A stretch of 64,000 nucleotides of DNA, from contig JAOZFN010000008.1 of NCBI GenBank assembly GCA_027492205.1, forward strand, positions 30,041 through 94,040. Direction: 5' to 3'. The notes under the pieces were generated by a model. That model saw only the letters and a list, made by a program, of their open reading frames with translations, was not told the origin of the DNA and did not search any database. The DNA is from Thermoproteota archaeon. Its GTDB lineage: Archaea > Korarchaeota > Korarchaeia > Korarchaeales > Korarchaeaceae. Every line of letters begins with the position of its first letter. The first letter of the stretch is position 1. Of the stretch, positions 20,901 through 30,225 are shown piece by piece. The position numbers and the translations under genes are program-made.

Positions 20901-21349
20901 TTCGGGTAGAGCCAGAGCGTCAAAGCGATGTGATAGGCGGAGAGGGCCACCAGTCCCGCGACCTCCTCAGGGCCCAGGTTGGAGTTGGGCTGGGGCCGCG
21001 ATCTCGCTCGGCGGGAGGCGAACTTCACAATTCCAACGATACCCAGAGCCAGTTCACCCACCAGTAGGGTAACCCTTCTCGACCCCGGACTCAGCGGGAG
21101 GGTCGTGAGGGTGGCCCAGCCCATAATCAGGTAGCTAACCACGTACGATGCGGAGACGATCTCTGGGGGAGTCAACGAAGTTGTAAGGCCGATCAGGTCC
21201 AGCAAAACGAGTCCCGGCAGCAGCCAGAGTAGCGGCGCCGAGACCAGAACCCCCACGTCTCCTAGGCCGTCGGCCCCCGCCAGCAAGAGCGACGTGGCGG
21301 CGACCAAGGCGAGGCTTCCCACCGCCCCCGCTCGTCTCAAGACAGTCAC
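17807..21349 (-). CDS. large polytopic membrane protein, GT-C-like, with extracellular domains and C-terminal TM
   Basis: About 15 hydrophobic segments, DMTRHY and YPPF loop motifs, paralogous to the upstream 1403-aa ORF. Confidence 0.65.
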   Translation of the reverse strand: MTVLRRAGAVGSLALVAATSLLLAGADGLGDVGVLVSAPLLWLLPGLVLLDLIGLTTSLTPPEIVSASYVVSYLIMGWATLTTLPLSPGSRRVTLLVGELALGIVGIVKFASRRARSRPQPNSNLGPEEVAGLVALSAYHIALTLWLYPKLAYLPSLDMTRHYVASVILWRSPQIYGNPLPFLTTYPPFLRAHLGALIAFSGGRDEIVKLSLSAVSALAPITLYSTARSLLRSERVALLTAALLDVSLLTDGLEWVRVAFRGEDFFVSVFRATPFNVYQLGVVYDSRYMGLMLFCFLIWLLLSGRRLRRALTPMIAAAVAGLYLTHVGEAVAVAGPLAAYSLLSQKGRDLRPTLLGITAGLVMSAVAQILLDTALPFYTVSWQEIIVLGAMLGILSLSYALPGLGAPIIRGVTSGKRAVLLLSALFGLEVSGLILWATAGEGAGWANKLGVVPWYQYPVLLGLVGAALPLAVSAHLEWGDDRSKLILGLLVGVILLGRLVSLVNVMFFFTRFWEWRLIPLIKLLAVLAWAGGLELLLTGPPGGGEGGRRGRLRAVLAALMVSTLVLEAVPAFAGTAGLRKLAKSSAPSEAEIEVLRDLRLIFDRDPLSYPLTVTYRSLRDLMLADPPASVLPLSFSLDTLRAYTPEATLAAMYWPPPYTHPYLYVDKRRDLGPMGGTYVEGMLRNMRPAYESENALLYNLSRYSPVSGDGEVVALVPLDGLSPESLRLLGLLARFTRGLTTALFPDLGVILRSHTLILTFDPATGEGEGGWERAIPSLAMSFARSGGRVVVYRSGGRGFFSERMLEPIQGTIRATSVCVDGEEVPLPAPVEVPRSRPGEGVELLATYVGTGGEVPLVVAMDVGGGRIYLMNVEPLLSPAADSKGSWDEGILGLLLSISPTEPSQREVERNVRTLSYLGELRADSATLTASSAVLLPVGKVFLRAADIRLTVAPGSAAGLAADRLTLSVLNLSLGGETGRSCGSGLYVCIQASELSASAKNLRIWVVSPEGRTLEFSLGDTVIRIEGEGLMAVRTPEVMTEGRTVFEEPRRLEFLSYTASLLVKRRVIVEGGVEIVPEVVDRYLILRKVRPTPGSLIRLDPPLTSREEPKPGAPEVAGGLLAFLVHLAIFRRLASHWSPPGPEPPPNRPARRHPGEVYLPLGLTQHGPALQPPPERETRER
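19213..19444. repeat. 232-bp exact direct repeat, copy 1
   Basis: Identical by inspection to 23367-23598 (offset 4154). Confidence 0.95.
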
Positions 21350-21357
21350 CTCACGTT

Positions 21358-24300
21358 CTATAGCGTCGTTTGGTCTTCGTTCAGCTCAGACCGATGACTT
21401 CCCCCGCCGTTCAGAACCCTCAGTGCGAGCACCGCGATCAGAATTGGTGGGGTAATGGTCAGGGCCGCCAGAAGCGTGGAGGTCCGGATTAGGCCGGTGG
21501 GCCCCTCCAGGGGGGGGTCTAAAAACCATTCACCGGAGAAGCTCACCTCCGAGATTAAGAGATAGTTTCTGTCCACCAGCCCTATCGCCAGGCTGGCCTC
21601 CCCCTCCAGGATCACCCGCCTGTCCTTTAGGGTCGATGCATGGTAGGGGACGAATTCCAGCCGCTGCGGTCCATAAATGGTAAGAGTCCCGTTTAGCTCA
21701 AGGGTGGGCCGCCTGAACAGGGCTGCAACGCTCCCGTTGATCGGTGTCACTTCAACCGCGTAGCTCCCGGGGGGGAGGGTGAGCAGTCTGCTCTCAGCGG
21801 CGCTGCCGTTTCTCGCGACGAGGACGTTGAGGGGGCCCCTGGACCACGCGCCCAGGACCAGGGGCGAGCTTAGGGTCACCGGATAGTACAGGCCGGATAG
21901 CACCAGCCCTGAAGGAGCTGACCATCCCTCCCAGAGGGGCCCCCTCCCGACCTCGACGGAACCCGTCCTGAGGAGGCCTTCGTCGGCGGAGAGCCCAACC
22001 TGAGAGCAGTTATCTACTGACAGGACCTCCTCGCCGTCTGCCCTGAGGTCCACGACTCTCACAGAAAGAAGGCCGGAAGATCCGCTGGAGAGGTTCTCAG
22101 GCAACCCGAAGAGGACGGCAGATTTGGCCTCGACCCTCATGTCCGCCCCGGAGAGTCCCTTGACGTAGTATCCCTCCTCCACGTTCTTGTCAACCTTCTG
22201 GACACCGAGTTCCTCCCCTATCAGCTCCATTGGAGCTAGGATTGAGTAGAGCCTGTCGAGAACATCCCTATTGACTCCTCCAATCTCTCGAACGTGCCTG
22301 AAAATTGGGAAGGCGTTTACCAGGTAGACCTCCCCCCCCTTCACGCTCAACCTGAGTATGTAAGGGGATATTGATCCCTCGGGAGTCGTGTAATTCGCCA
22401 GAACGCTGACCTCTCCGGTGGCCCTTGCCTCGCTCACCTCCACGGGGGTGGGAGGGAGGGTGCCTGAGACGAGGCCCGAGACGGACGTTGAGTTTAATAA
22501 TTTCGCCGAAATTCTCATCAAAAGTTCAGAGAAGTAATTATATCCATTCAAATTGTAGACAACTACGGACCTCCCAGACTCGGCTATGGAGAGCAGGTTC
22601 TCCCCAGTGAGATAGGGCCCCCAATCCCCCCACGCAATCCGCTGGTAGTACTCGGCCTCGAAGGTCTTGAGGACCGGGGAGTGGGCCCTCCCTCTGGCGA
22701 CGCCCACCCTCCCCGGTGGGACGGGCACCTCCCCTTGGAAGACCTCCTCTCCGTTGATCGAAAGTGAGACCACGTCGGGCCTGACCCTGACTTGCATTGT
22801 GAGTTGGCCTCCTGGCTCCCAGTCCCCGAGTTTTCGATATCTCCTCGGTATCGTGACGGCTTCGGTCCAGCTCTCACCGTTGACAATCCTCAGGGCCCCG
22901 TAGATCTCTCCGGCGGGGGTGAAGAAGAGTTCGAGGAGGCTGAAGTTCCCCCTGGACTCATAGGAGAAGATCACTCCGATGTAGCCTACGCTGTTCAGGG
23001 GTATTCCCCTGGGGAGGGAGAGATCCAGGGTCAAGTTGATGTTGTCCGTCTGCACCATGGGGGCCAGCCTGAAGGAGAGATATGCCTCCTCGGCCTCCGT
23101 TCCGGGCAGGTCTAGACCCTCCAGAGGCACCCTCTCCACCCAGGAGGGGGTCCAGTCCGAGACATCATCTCGGGGTGCGTGCAGGGTCAAGAACGTGCCG
23201 TTGTCGAACGGGGGGTCGTAGGGGACGACGATGACATCCTTCTGCAGGGCAGCCGGGTCCATGTCCAGGAATGTCGTTACTGAGTAGCCCAGGCGGGCGA
23301 AGGCAAGGAGGCAAAGAGAAGACGCGTCGTTTGGGGAGATCACCCGGTTCGACGCCACGAGAAACGCGACCTCCCCGTCTCCCGACACGGGCGAGTACCT
23401 GCTCAGGTTGTAGAGCAGGGCGTTCTCGCTCTCGTAGGCCGGCCTCATGTTCCTCAGCATGCCCTCCACGTAGGTCCCGCCCATCGGCCCAAGGTCCCTC
23501 CTCTTGTCGACGTACAGGTAGGGGTGGGTGTAGGGCGGGGGCCAGTACATCGCGGCCAGGGTCGCCTCCGGGGTGTAGGCCCTCAGGGTGTCCAGGCTCA
23601 AGGCCAGAGGCACTATCTCTAGTGGGGGAGCAGCCAGCGTCAGGCGCGTCAGCGTGTCGGTCGTGATCGCCAGGGGATATGCCTCCGGGTCCCCCTCGAA
23701 CACCTCTCTGGCGGCCGAGAGATCCGCCAGCTGAGACGCGTCTGGCGCCCTTATGTGTGCCAGCCTGACCAGGCCCGAGCTCCCTACAAGCGTGGGTCCC
23801 CCTTCATACAGCACGATGGAAGCGATCGCGATGACCGTCAATGACCTCCTGAGGATTGCGCGTCTCTGGGAGGGCCCCCCAGCCGCCACAGCCTCCCCTA
23901 CACGCGTCAGCGTCAGGCCGGCAAGTAATGAGAGGGGGAGCTTTGCCAACCTAACTAGCCTCCACTCCCAGTACCTGATTAGCCCGTACCTGGCAGAGAT
24001 CTCGGATATCGAGCTACCGGCGATCAAGCAGAGGCCAGCGAAGGTTACCAGGGTCAGCAGACCTCTCATCTCGTCGTCATCCGTGGAGCCCAGCAGCTTG
24101 AGGGAGAAGATGCTCAGTATGCCGGAGAGCCCGAACGTGGCAGCGTAGCCGTACCATGGAACCGACCCCTTCGCAATCCTTATGCCGCCCCACCATCCGG
24201 AGACGTCAATCCATACGACGAGCCCGAGAAAGTAGACGTACAGCGCCGCCGCCAGCGCGGCGCGGGCGGGCCAGTCCCCCCCGATGATTGTGCGTCTCAG

Positions 24301-25569
24301 CCTACCTGCCCAGCCGGGTCTCCCCAGTCCAACCCCAGTTCTCAACATGAACTCCGACGAAACCAGGAAGAGCGCGGGCAGGAGGCACGCCGCCATCTCC
24401 TGAGCACCGATCGAGTACACTGGCAGAATCCTGTCCAGCGCAATGAAGGCAGCTCCCGCCGACGCCAGGGCGGCCGCAGACCCAAGGGTCACGGGTCGCC
24501 CGTGCCATCTCCTCCCCGATAGGTTTAACGCTGCCACCGCAACCGACAGGAGAGCGCCCTCCACCACGTGAGTGAGCTGGTTGGCGAGGACGAGGAGGAA
24601 TATGATCAGCGCACCCCGACCCGCGGAAAGGTCACGTCTCCTGGGGAGGCTGAAGATGACCCAGAGAGCGGCGAGGGTTAGGAGAATGGCGGCGAACTTA
24701 GCGTCGTAGACAAGGCCGGGCAGGTAGGCACCCCCCGATAGCAGCTCGAACGGAAGCTTCGAGAGCCCACCGGCCACCAGCCTCCTAAGCCAGGGGAACC
24801 CTGTTGAGTAGATGGACAGATCTCCAAGGGCGGCGGCAGCTGCGGGGAACCTCCGCCATCTCCGGCCAGCAAGAGCCCCTGCCGTTGCGTAGAAGGCCAG
24901 GGGGAGCACCCAGCTCACCGAGGAAGTGGCTGACATAACGACGGCGTCAGGCGTCCGCGAAAGGTATATGAACGCTCCCAAGTGCGCCCTGAGGAACGGG
25001 GGGTAAGAAAAGAATATCTCCACTGGCTTCCCGTAAAGGAGAGGGGTTCTCCAGAGTATGATGGCCCCCGCGTAGTGCCTCACCATGTCGGTGTCCGGGA
25101 GGTACGCTATCTCTGGATACCCCACAACCGTGAAGGCCGCGCGTGTTCCGATCAGCGCCAGCAAGACGATCCAGTCGTTCGGGTGATAGAGGCCCAACCC
25201 TGGAGAGACCGCTTCGACCCTCCTTGAGATCGCCAGGCCAGCTACCCCCTCGGCCGCTGTGGACAACGTCAGGGCGACCGCCTTGGATCGAACGTCGAGC
25301 GTCAGCGTGGCGAGGGAGAGCAACCCCACGAGAGAGTAGCTGAGGGGAACTGAGATCGCAAGCTGCTCCAGAAGGCTCATTCCCTTCGACGCTCCAATGA
25401 TCCTCAAAAGCACGAGCCCTGGGAGCAGCCAGCAGAGAAGGTAGGAGAGTCCGAGCCGGGCGAGTCCCAGGGGAATTCCGGCAGCTTCATCGATAAACAG
25501 GAGGAGCGATACGAGAACTAGGGCGAGTTCTGGAGACTTTTTCCCCAGGTCCGAGGGAGGATCCCCCAT
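21358..25569 (-). CDS. large polytopic membrane protein, GT-C-like, with inserted beta-rich domain
   Basis: DMVRHY, YPPFLRAHLGA, VYD, WEWRL shared with paralog; about 200-aa insertion; C-terminal TM. Confidence 0.65.
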   Translation of the reverse strand: MGDPPSDLGKKSPELALVLVSLLLFIDEAAGIPLGLARLGLSYLLCWLLPGLVLLRIIGASKGMSLLEQLAISVPLSYSLVGLLSLATLTLDVRSKAVALTLSTAAEGVAGLAISRRVEAVSPGLGLYHPNDWIVLLALIGTRAAFTVVGYPEIAYLPDTDMVRHYAGAIILWRTPLLYGKPVEIFFSYPPFLRAHLGAFIYLSRTPDAVVMSATSSVSWVLPLAFYATAGALAGRRWRRFPAAAAALGDLSIYSTGFPWLRRLVAGGLSKLPFELLSGGAYLPGLVYDAKFAAILLTLAALWVIFSLPRRRDLSAGRGALIIFLLVLANQLTHVVEGALLSVAVAALNLSGRRWHGRPVTLGSAAALASAGAAFIALDRILPVYSIGAQEMAACLLPALFLVSSEFMLRTGVGLGRPGWAGRLRRTIIGGDWPARAALAAALYVYFLGLVVWIDVSGWWGGIRIAKGSVPWYGYAATFGLSGILSIFSLKLLGSTDDDEMRGLLTLVTFAGLCLIAGSSISEISARYGLIRYWEWRLVRLAKLPLSLLAGLTLTRVGEAVAAGGPSQRRAILRRSLTVIAIASIVLYEGGPTLVGSSGLVRLAHIRAPDASQLADLSAAREVFEGDPEAYPLAITTDTLTRLTLAAPPLEIVPLALSLDTLRAYTPEATLAAMYWPPPYTHPYLYVDKRRDLGPMGGTYVEGMLRNMRPAYESENALLYNLSRYSPVSGDGEVAFLVASNRVISPNDASSLCLLAFARLGYSVTTFLDMDPAALQKDVIVVPYDPPFDNGTFLTLHAPRDDVSDWTPSWVERVPLEGLDLPGTEAEEAYLSFRLAPMVQTDNINLTLDLSLPRGIPLNSVGYIGVIFSYESRGNFSLLELFFTPAGEIYGALRIVNGESWTEAVTIPRRYRKLGDWEPGGQLTMQVRVRPDVVSLSINGEEVFQGEVPVPPGRVGVARGRAHSPVLKTFEAEYYQRIAWGDWGPYLTGENLLSIAESGRSVVVYNLNGYNYFSELLMRISAKLLNSTSVSGLVSGTLPPTPVEVSEARATGEVSVLANYTTPEGSISPYILRLSVKGGEVYLVNAFPIFRHVREIGGVNRDVLDRLYSILAPMELIGEELGVQKVDKNVEEGYYVKGLSGADMRVEAKSAVLFGLPENLSSGSSGLLSVRVVDLRADGEEVLSVDNCSQVGLSADEGLLRTGSVEVGRGPLWEGWSAPSGLVLSGLYYPVTLSSPLVLGAWSRGPLNVLVARNGSAAESRLLTLPPGSYAVEVTPINGSVAALFRRPTLELNGTLTIYGPQRLEFVPYHASTLKDRRVILEGEASLAIGLVDRNYLLISEVSFSGEWFLDPPLEGPTGLIRTSTLLAALTITPPILIAVLALRVLNGGGSHRSELNEDQTTL
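23367..23598. repeat. 232-bp exact direct repeat, copy 2
   Basis: Identical by inspection to 19213-19444. Confidence 0.95.
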
Positions 25570-25654
25570 CTACGCTCGGCGATCGGGTCACTGAGAATGT
25601 AATAAATAGAGTGCGCCGAATCCCAGAGATCACCCGAATCGGAGGTGTAAATGG

Positions 25655-26599
25655 ATGTCGGAAGGGAAGGGGTCGTCGCGGGAGGGGGCTAAGATCGTAG
25701 CGTGTATTCCGGCCTATAACGAGGAGGAAACCATCGGAGAGGTGGTTTCATGTGCGAGAAGGTACGTGGATGTTGTGCTGGTCTGCGACGACGGCTCGAC
25801 CGACAGGACCGCTGAAAGGGCCGAGATGGCCGGAGCCATCGTCCTAAGGCACCCCAGAAACAGGGGGTACGGGGCGGCCCTCAGGACCCTCCTCACGGCA
25901 GCTCTGGAATACGACCCGGATGTCGTCGTGACGCTGGACGCGGATGGTCAACACGACCCAGCCGACATCCCCTCGATCGCGGCCCCGATAATAGAGGGGC
26001 GGGCAGACGTTGTGATAGGTTCTCGCTTTTTATCCAGCGATTCAAGAAAAGAGGTTCCAAGATATAGGGAGTTAGGCATCAGAGTCATAACTAAAGTGGC
26101 CAGCGGGATCTCCGGGCTGGACATCAGCGACTCCCAGAGCGGGTTTAGGGCCTTTAGTAAGAGGGCCGTCAGATCCATTAAAATAATGGACGATGGGATG
26201 GGGGCCACGCTTGAGGTTATCCAACAAGCTGCCGCCCTCGGCCTCCGCGTTGAGGAAGTTCCGGTGGTGATACGCTACAGGGGATTGGAGACGTCTACCT
26301 ACAATCCAATCAGGCAAGGGCTCGGCCTACTGCTAAAGCTCGCGGATTTGATTGGATGGAGGAGGCCGCTTGTCTCCTTTGGAGTGCCGGCGGCGGCCTC
26401 TCTGATAGTCTCTATGGTATTCACCGTTAAGCTGCTTAGAATATTCAACTTGACCAGGTACTTCAGCGTTCCGCTGGCATTACTCTCCACTGCCTTCGGG
26501 ATAGTAAGTGCGATTCTGTTCTCCACCGGGGTCACTATATATGCCGTTAAGAAGGCCGTCAGGGAGGAGATGAAGATGAGGTTAGCATCCCATCGCTAG
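25655..26599 (+). CDS. glycosyltransferase family 2 (DPM1-like, polyprenol-phosphate glycosyltransferase)
   Basis: IPAYNEE, DDGSTD, NRGYG, TLDADGQH, GSRF, DSQSGFRA, two C-terminal TM helices. Confidence 0.93.
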   Translation: MSEGKGSSREGAKIVACIPAYNEEETIGEVVSCARRYVDVVLVCDDGSTDRTAERAEMAGAIVLRHPRNRGYGAALRTLLTAALEYDPDVVVTLDADGQHDPADIPSIAAPIIEGRADVVIGSRFLSSDSRKEVPRYRELGIRVITKVASGISGLDISDSQSGFRAFSKRAVRSIKIMDDGMGATLEVIQQAAALGLRVEEVPVVIRYRGLETSTYNPIRQGLGLLLKLADLIGWRRPLVSFGVPAAASLIVSMVFTVKLLRIFNLTRYFSVPLALLSTAFGIVSAILFSTGVTIYAVKKAVREEMKMRLASHR

Positions 26600-26845
26600 T
26601 GGCCCTACCCCCGCTCTAGAGGTACCCGCGGCTCCCCTGGCATCTCCTTTATATCCCCACTCCTCCAAAGGATACACTTCTCCCCCCTGATCCCCTGGAA
26701 AGATCTCCTTCACCGCGTTCACCACGTCCCCTCCCAGTCGTGACGGGAGGGGCCGAGGATCGTCGACCCTCCGGCAGGGGCTCCGGCGAAGGCCCTTCCC
26801 ATAAGTAGTCCGACGGGCCCTGCTCGCTCCCCCTCAGCCCGGTCA

Positions 26846-27058
26846 TCAGAGGTAACCCAGGCTCCTGAGTCGCTCCTTTATCTCCTCCTCCTCCTCCGGA
26901 GAGTAAACCTGTTCACTAGCCTCCTCCGAGAGGACCTCCTGAAGAAGGAACTCAACGAGAGCCTCCACCGAAGAGAAGTCGGGGGTGTTCTCTACCCACT
27001 TCCTCGCCTTCTCATAGAGTTCCCGTGGGATCTCCACGCTGACTTTCTCGCCTTCCAC
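26846..27058 (-). CDS. small CopG/RHH protein with RLRSLGYL tail
   Basis: VSVEIPRELYEK..FSSVE..V..LL RHH pattern; ends EEEEEIKERLRSLGYL; SD and TATA upstream. Confidence 0.88.
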   Translation of the reverse strand: MEGEKVSVEIPRELYEKARKWVENTPDFSSVEALVEFLLQEVLSEEASEQVYSPEEEEEIKERLRSLGYL

Positions 27059-27676
27059 GCCTACCCCACCTCCTCGGGAGGCGTCGGCGGCTCCTATTTA
27101 AGAAAGTTTGCACGGCAGAAAGCGACCTTCCCCCCGCCGAGGCGCCTCGCGGTGGCGCCCCGCCGTGAGCGCCCTCCTGAGGAGGTCCTTAGGATTCCTG
27201 CCCGGGGCGATCCTTGAGGAGCACCTGGCGCAGACTCGACAGACTTTAGCTCATCCTCACGGGCCTCCCTGACCCCCGTATGAGGACGCAGGGGACGCGG
27301 CTTTGCTTCTCGCCAGAAGCCTGGAGACGGGAAACGGTGAGCGGACGCTACATCGGAAGAAGATGGTGGTGGGAGGAATCGCTAAAGCCTGTGGTGAGAG
27401 AGAAGGGCCCCTTTGAGGGGATCTGAGGGAGTACTCCCTTTTGGGCGGGGGTGGGAGGGGCCTAGTGGTAGTGAAGGACGGCGGCTTTACGCGTGGAGGT
27501 GAGATAAGGTCCGTCATGAGGGGCCTGGCCGATCTCCCGGATGAGTGGAGTCGCTGAAGGGGGAGTATGCGGCGTGAGGGTCAACCTCCACGCTCTCCGG
27601 GAGATGGACAACCGTCGGTTGCCTACCCATAATCCCTTAGGGTAGAGAGGGAGAGGGAGAGACTATAGAAGTCCGG

Positions 27677-28255
27677 TCAGCGCCACAGCACTTGAGAAAG
27701 GGCCAGCGTAATCTTCAGGGCCTCTGCCTCCTGAACCCTCCTCACGGCAGCGTACACGCGCAGCCCCTTCGCTATCGCTTCAATCGCGCCGTCTACTCTG
27801 TCCCTCCTGAACGGGCGGCTGACCTTGGTCTCCACGCGCGTTATCCCGTCATAGTCCCTGACGAGCTGGACGCCGCGGCGCTTTAGCAGCCGATTTACGG
27901 TGGCTTGGCCGTGGAACCAGGTCAGTGACAGGTAGGGCGTTGAGACCCTGCCGTCCCCAAAGAAGATGAGTTCTGGGCTGTACCACGAGGTCCCGCAGGC
28001 TTCGCTCCAAGCGTCCTCGAACTCGTCCACGCTCTCCAGCGGCTGTGAGAGGGAGTCCACGATCTCGTCGATCAGCCCCTCGCACTTGGACAGCCAACAC
28101 CTAACGTAGACGCCGCGATCGCCGACGAGCCTCAGGCGCCCCATCAATAGGATATCCTCGCTTCTGACCTCGACCCAGCCATCTCTGGCCCTCCTGAGGG
28201 TGCCCTGTTCAAACCCCTCTCTGAGCCTGTAGAGGGGGATCCACTCAACCACCAC
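27677..28255 (-). CDS. hypothetical protein
   Basis: GTG start after GGAGGAG; plausible globular composition; no family recognised. Confidence 0.55.
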   Translation of the reverse strand: MVVEWIPLYRLREGFEQGTLRRARDGWVEVRSEDILLMGRLRLVGDRGVYVRCWLSKCEGLIDEIVDSLSQPLESVDEFEDAWSEACGTSWYSPELIFFGDGRVSTPYLSLTWFHGQATVNRLLKRRGVQLVRDYDGITRVETKVSRPFRRDRVDGAIEAIAKGLRVYAAVRRVQEAEALKITLALSQVLWR

Positions 28256-28768
28256 GCCGGCGGGCTCCTCCACCACGGGGCGCGGCGGGGTCGCGCGAGT
28301 TTTGAAGTTAGCGACAGGCCTACCGGCCCTCCGGCCTCTCTGACTCTCCTGATACCCCTCACAGTTTGCCTTGATGCCTGGTCCGCCTCTCAGCCAGGCC
28401 AAATAGCCCTTCGTATCCACGTCTCTCATTATCCAAATTGATCGGGGGAGCTGGCGGCGTATCCCAGACAGGCGAGTGGACCAGACCGAATCCCCCCTCG
28501 CCGCAGGCTCACCTCGTCCCCGATCACGCGCACGATCTCAGCGGCACCGTCCGATCCGACTTCCGCGGGATGATGCACAGCAGTTCTATTGGGGGCGGCT
28601 TGGGATCAGCGCGGGGAGCTCGAGCGGGGGAAGGTGATTGGGTCGCGCGGGAGGCCTGGCTCCTGACTCCCAGGCTATCGGGCGAGGGGAGCCCAATGCT
28701 GGCCCCGCGGCGGGCCCCGATATGACGGCTGCCTATTGTTCTCGCTCGCGGAACTAAAAGGTGGGCGG

Positions 28769-29323
28769 TCAGGCCTTCGTGTATATCTCTATTCCCAACC
28801 TCTCAGACGCCTTGACGGCCGACTCCTCGGCGTACGGCGTCACCAGGATGAGCCTGGAGGGCCTCCTGCCGGTGGCCCGCTGGTAGAGTTCTGCCTTCCT
28901 CCTGAATTCGTAAACGTCCGACGGCCTCGCGTGGGCCGTGATTTCGATGAGGAGGACCCTCCCGTCCTTGACCGCCACGTCCACCTCCACGGGACTCGGG
29001 TAGCCGTACACGACGCCCTCCTCGTCGAAGAACTCCCACCTCTCCACCTCCAACCCGAGTTCCCTGCCGAGAATCCCCCGCAGCCCCTGCCTGAAGGCCT
29101 CCTCAGTGAGGAGGCCCCAGCGAGCTCCAAGGGCGGATATGTGTCTCTCGACCAGCTCGAAGCCCTTCACCATGTCCTCCCTGAGCCTGGCCATCTCCGC
29201 CAGGTGCCCGTCGAGCCTCCGCAGGATCTCGCTAACTCCAATCAGCCCGGCCACCGCGTATCTGAACTCCTCGTCTCTCTTCAGCAGATCCAGGATCTTC
29301 CTCTTGAGTTCGACCTCCTCCAT
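28769..29323 (-). CDS. coiled-coil PD-(D/E)XK nuclease-like protein (DUF3782/DUF1626-like)
   Basis: LLKRDEEFRYAVAGLIG, ALGARWG..EEAFR, VEVDVAV..LIEIT, KAELY. Confidence 0.85.
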   Translation of the reverse strand: MEEVELKRKILDLLKRDEEFRYAVAGLIGVSEILRRLDGHLAEMARLREDMVKGFELVERHISALGARWGLLTEEAFRQGLRGILGRELGLEVERWEFFDEEGVVYGYPSPVEVDVAVKDGRVLLIEITAHARPSDVYEFRRKAELYQRATGRRPSRLILVTPYAEESAVKASERLGIEIYTKA

Positions 29324-29589
29324 GGGGCTAACGCTCCCACGCTCGTTGATGAAGACCCAGGGCGGCAAAAAATTTTGGCATCTGGCTCCGGTTTGCCTGG
29401 GCCAGGCGGTCCCTCTGCAGGTAGCCCGGGTTCCCTAGCATGCCCCACTTCTGGCCCTAACTGGGGATCTCAAGCCTACATTCCTCGCCGCGCACGCGCA
29501 TTCGCCACAAGAGACCGCCGCTTCCAACCGGATCAAGAAGGCTCCACGAGATTCATTGAATCGCCTCCCGAGGAGTTTACGCAAACGAG

Positions 29590-30202
29590 AGCACCCTGAC
29601 CACAGCCAAAGCCCAAGAGGAAGTGTGAGCAGCCCTATAATCGCTCAAGAGCCTCCCTGCGAAACCTTCCCACTGAGAACGCGGACAGTGGTGTTGGGGC
29701 CACCGCTCCAACGGCCAGGGCTCCCCAGATCCCCGCATAAAACACCCTCGTTCCCATGGTCCCGTATGGGAGGAGGATTTTGCGCCAGGAGAAACTCCCC
29801 GCCCCTCCGTAGCCAGAGAGGATCAGGAGACCATGCCCGTCACGAGCAGACCTATGTACAGCTTGATCACCCTCATTGTAAGTTTGAGGGAGATTACCAC
29901 GGCTGAAGCAGACCCGCGAATGCTGCAGGCGGCCAAGACGAGGGCTACCCCTCAGATCCCTTGACCTCGGGTTGAGATCCACGTTTCCGAGTTCGTGGTG
30001 AAGGAAGCCGGCGGCCACTTCGGCCAGGAACTCTGAGGAGAGTATCCCCGAGGCGGGCACCCACGGATCCAGGCCCATGACCAAGAGGGAGGGAGAGCGT
30101 GCGTGGTGCCGTAGCCCATCCCCAGCGTCGATCCATGTACTCACAGATGAATGCTAGCGCGGCCAGAGTCAAGATAAGGCACGTGGGTGTCGCCACCGCC
30201 AC
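29590..30202 (-). pseudogene. TauE/SafE sulfite-exporter family, frameshifted
   Basis: Frames join to EYMD(S)TLGMGYGTT..SPSLLVMG...GFLHHELGNVD; several frameshifts and stops. Confidence 0.75.
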
Positions 30203-30225
30203 TCGGGAGGGGTCGCATCTCCCGC

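Noticed and set aside
19213-23598. Diversity-generating retroelement TR/VR pair
   Set aside because: Copies are identical with no adenine-specific mismatches, both are mid-gene, and no reverse transcriptase is in the window
28769-29323. Mobile element or transposase
   Set aside because: PD-(D/E)XK coiled-coil family common in thermophilic archaea; no terminal repeats seen
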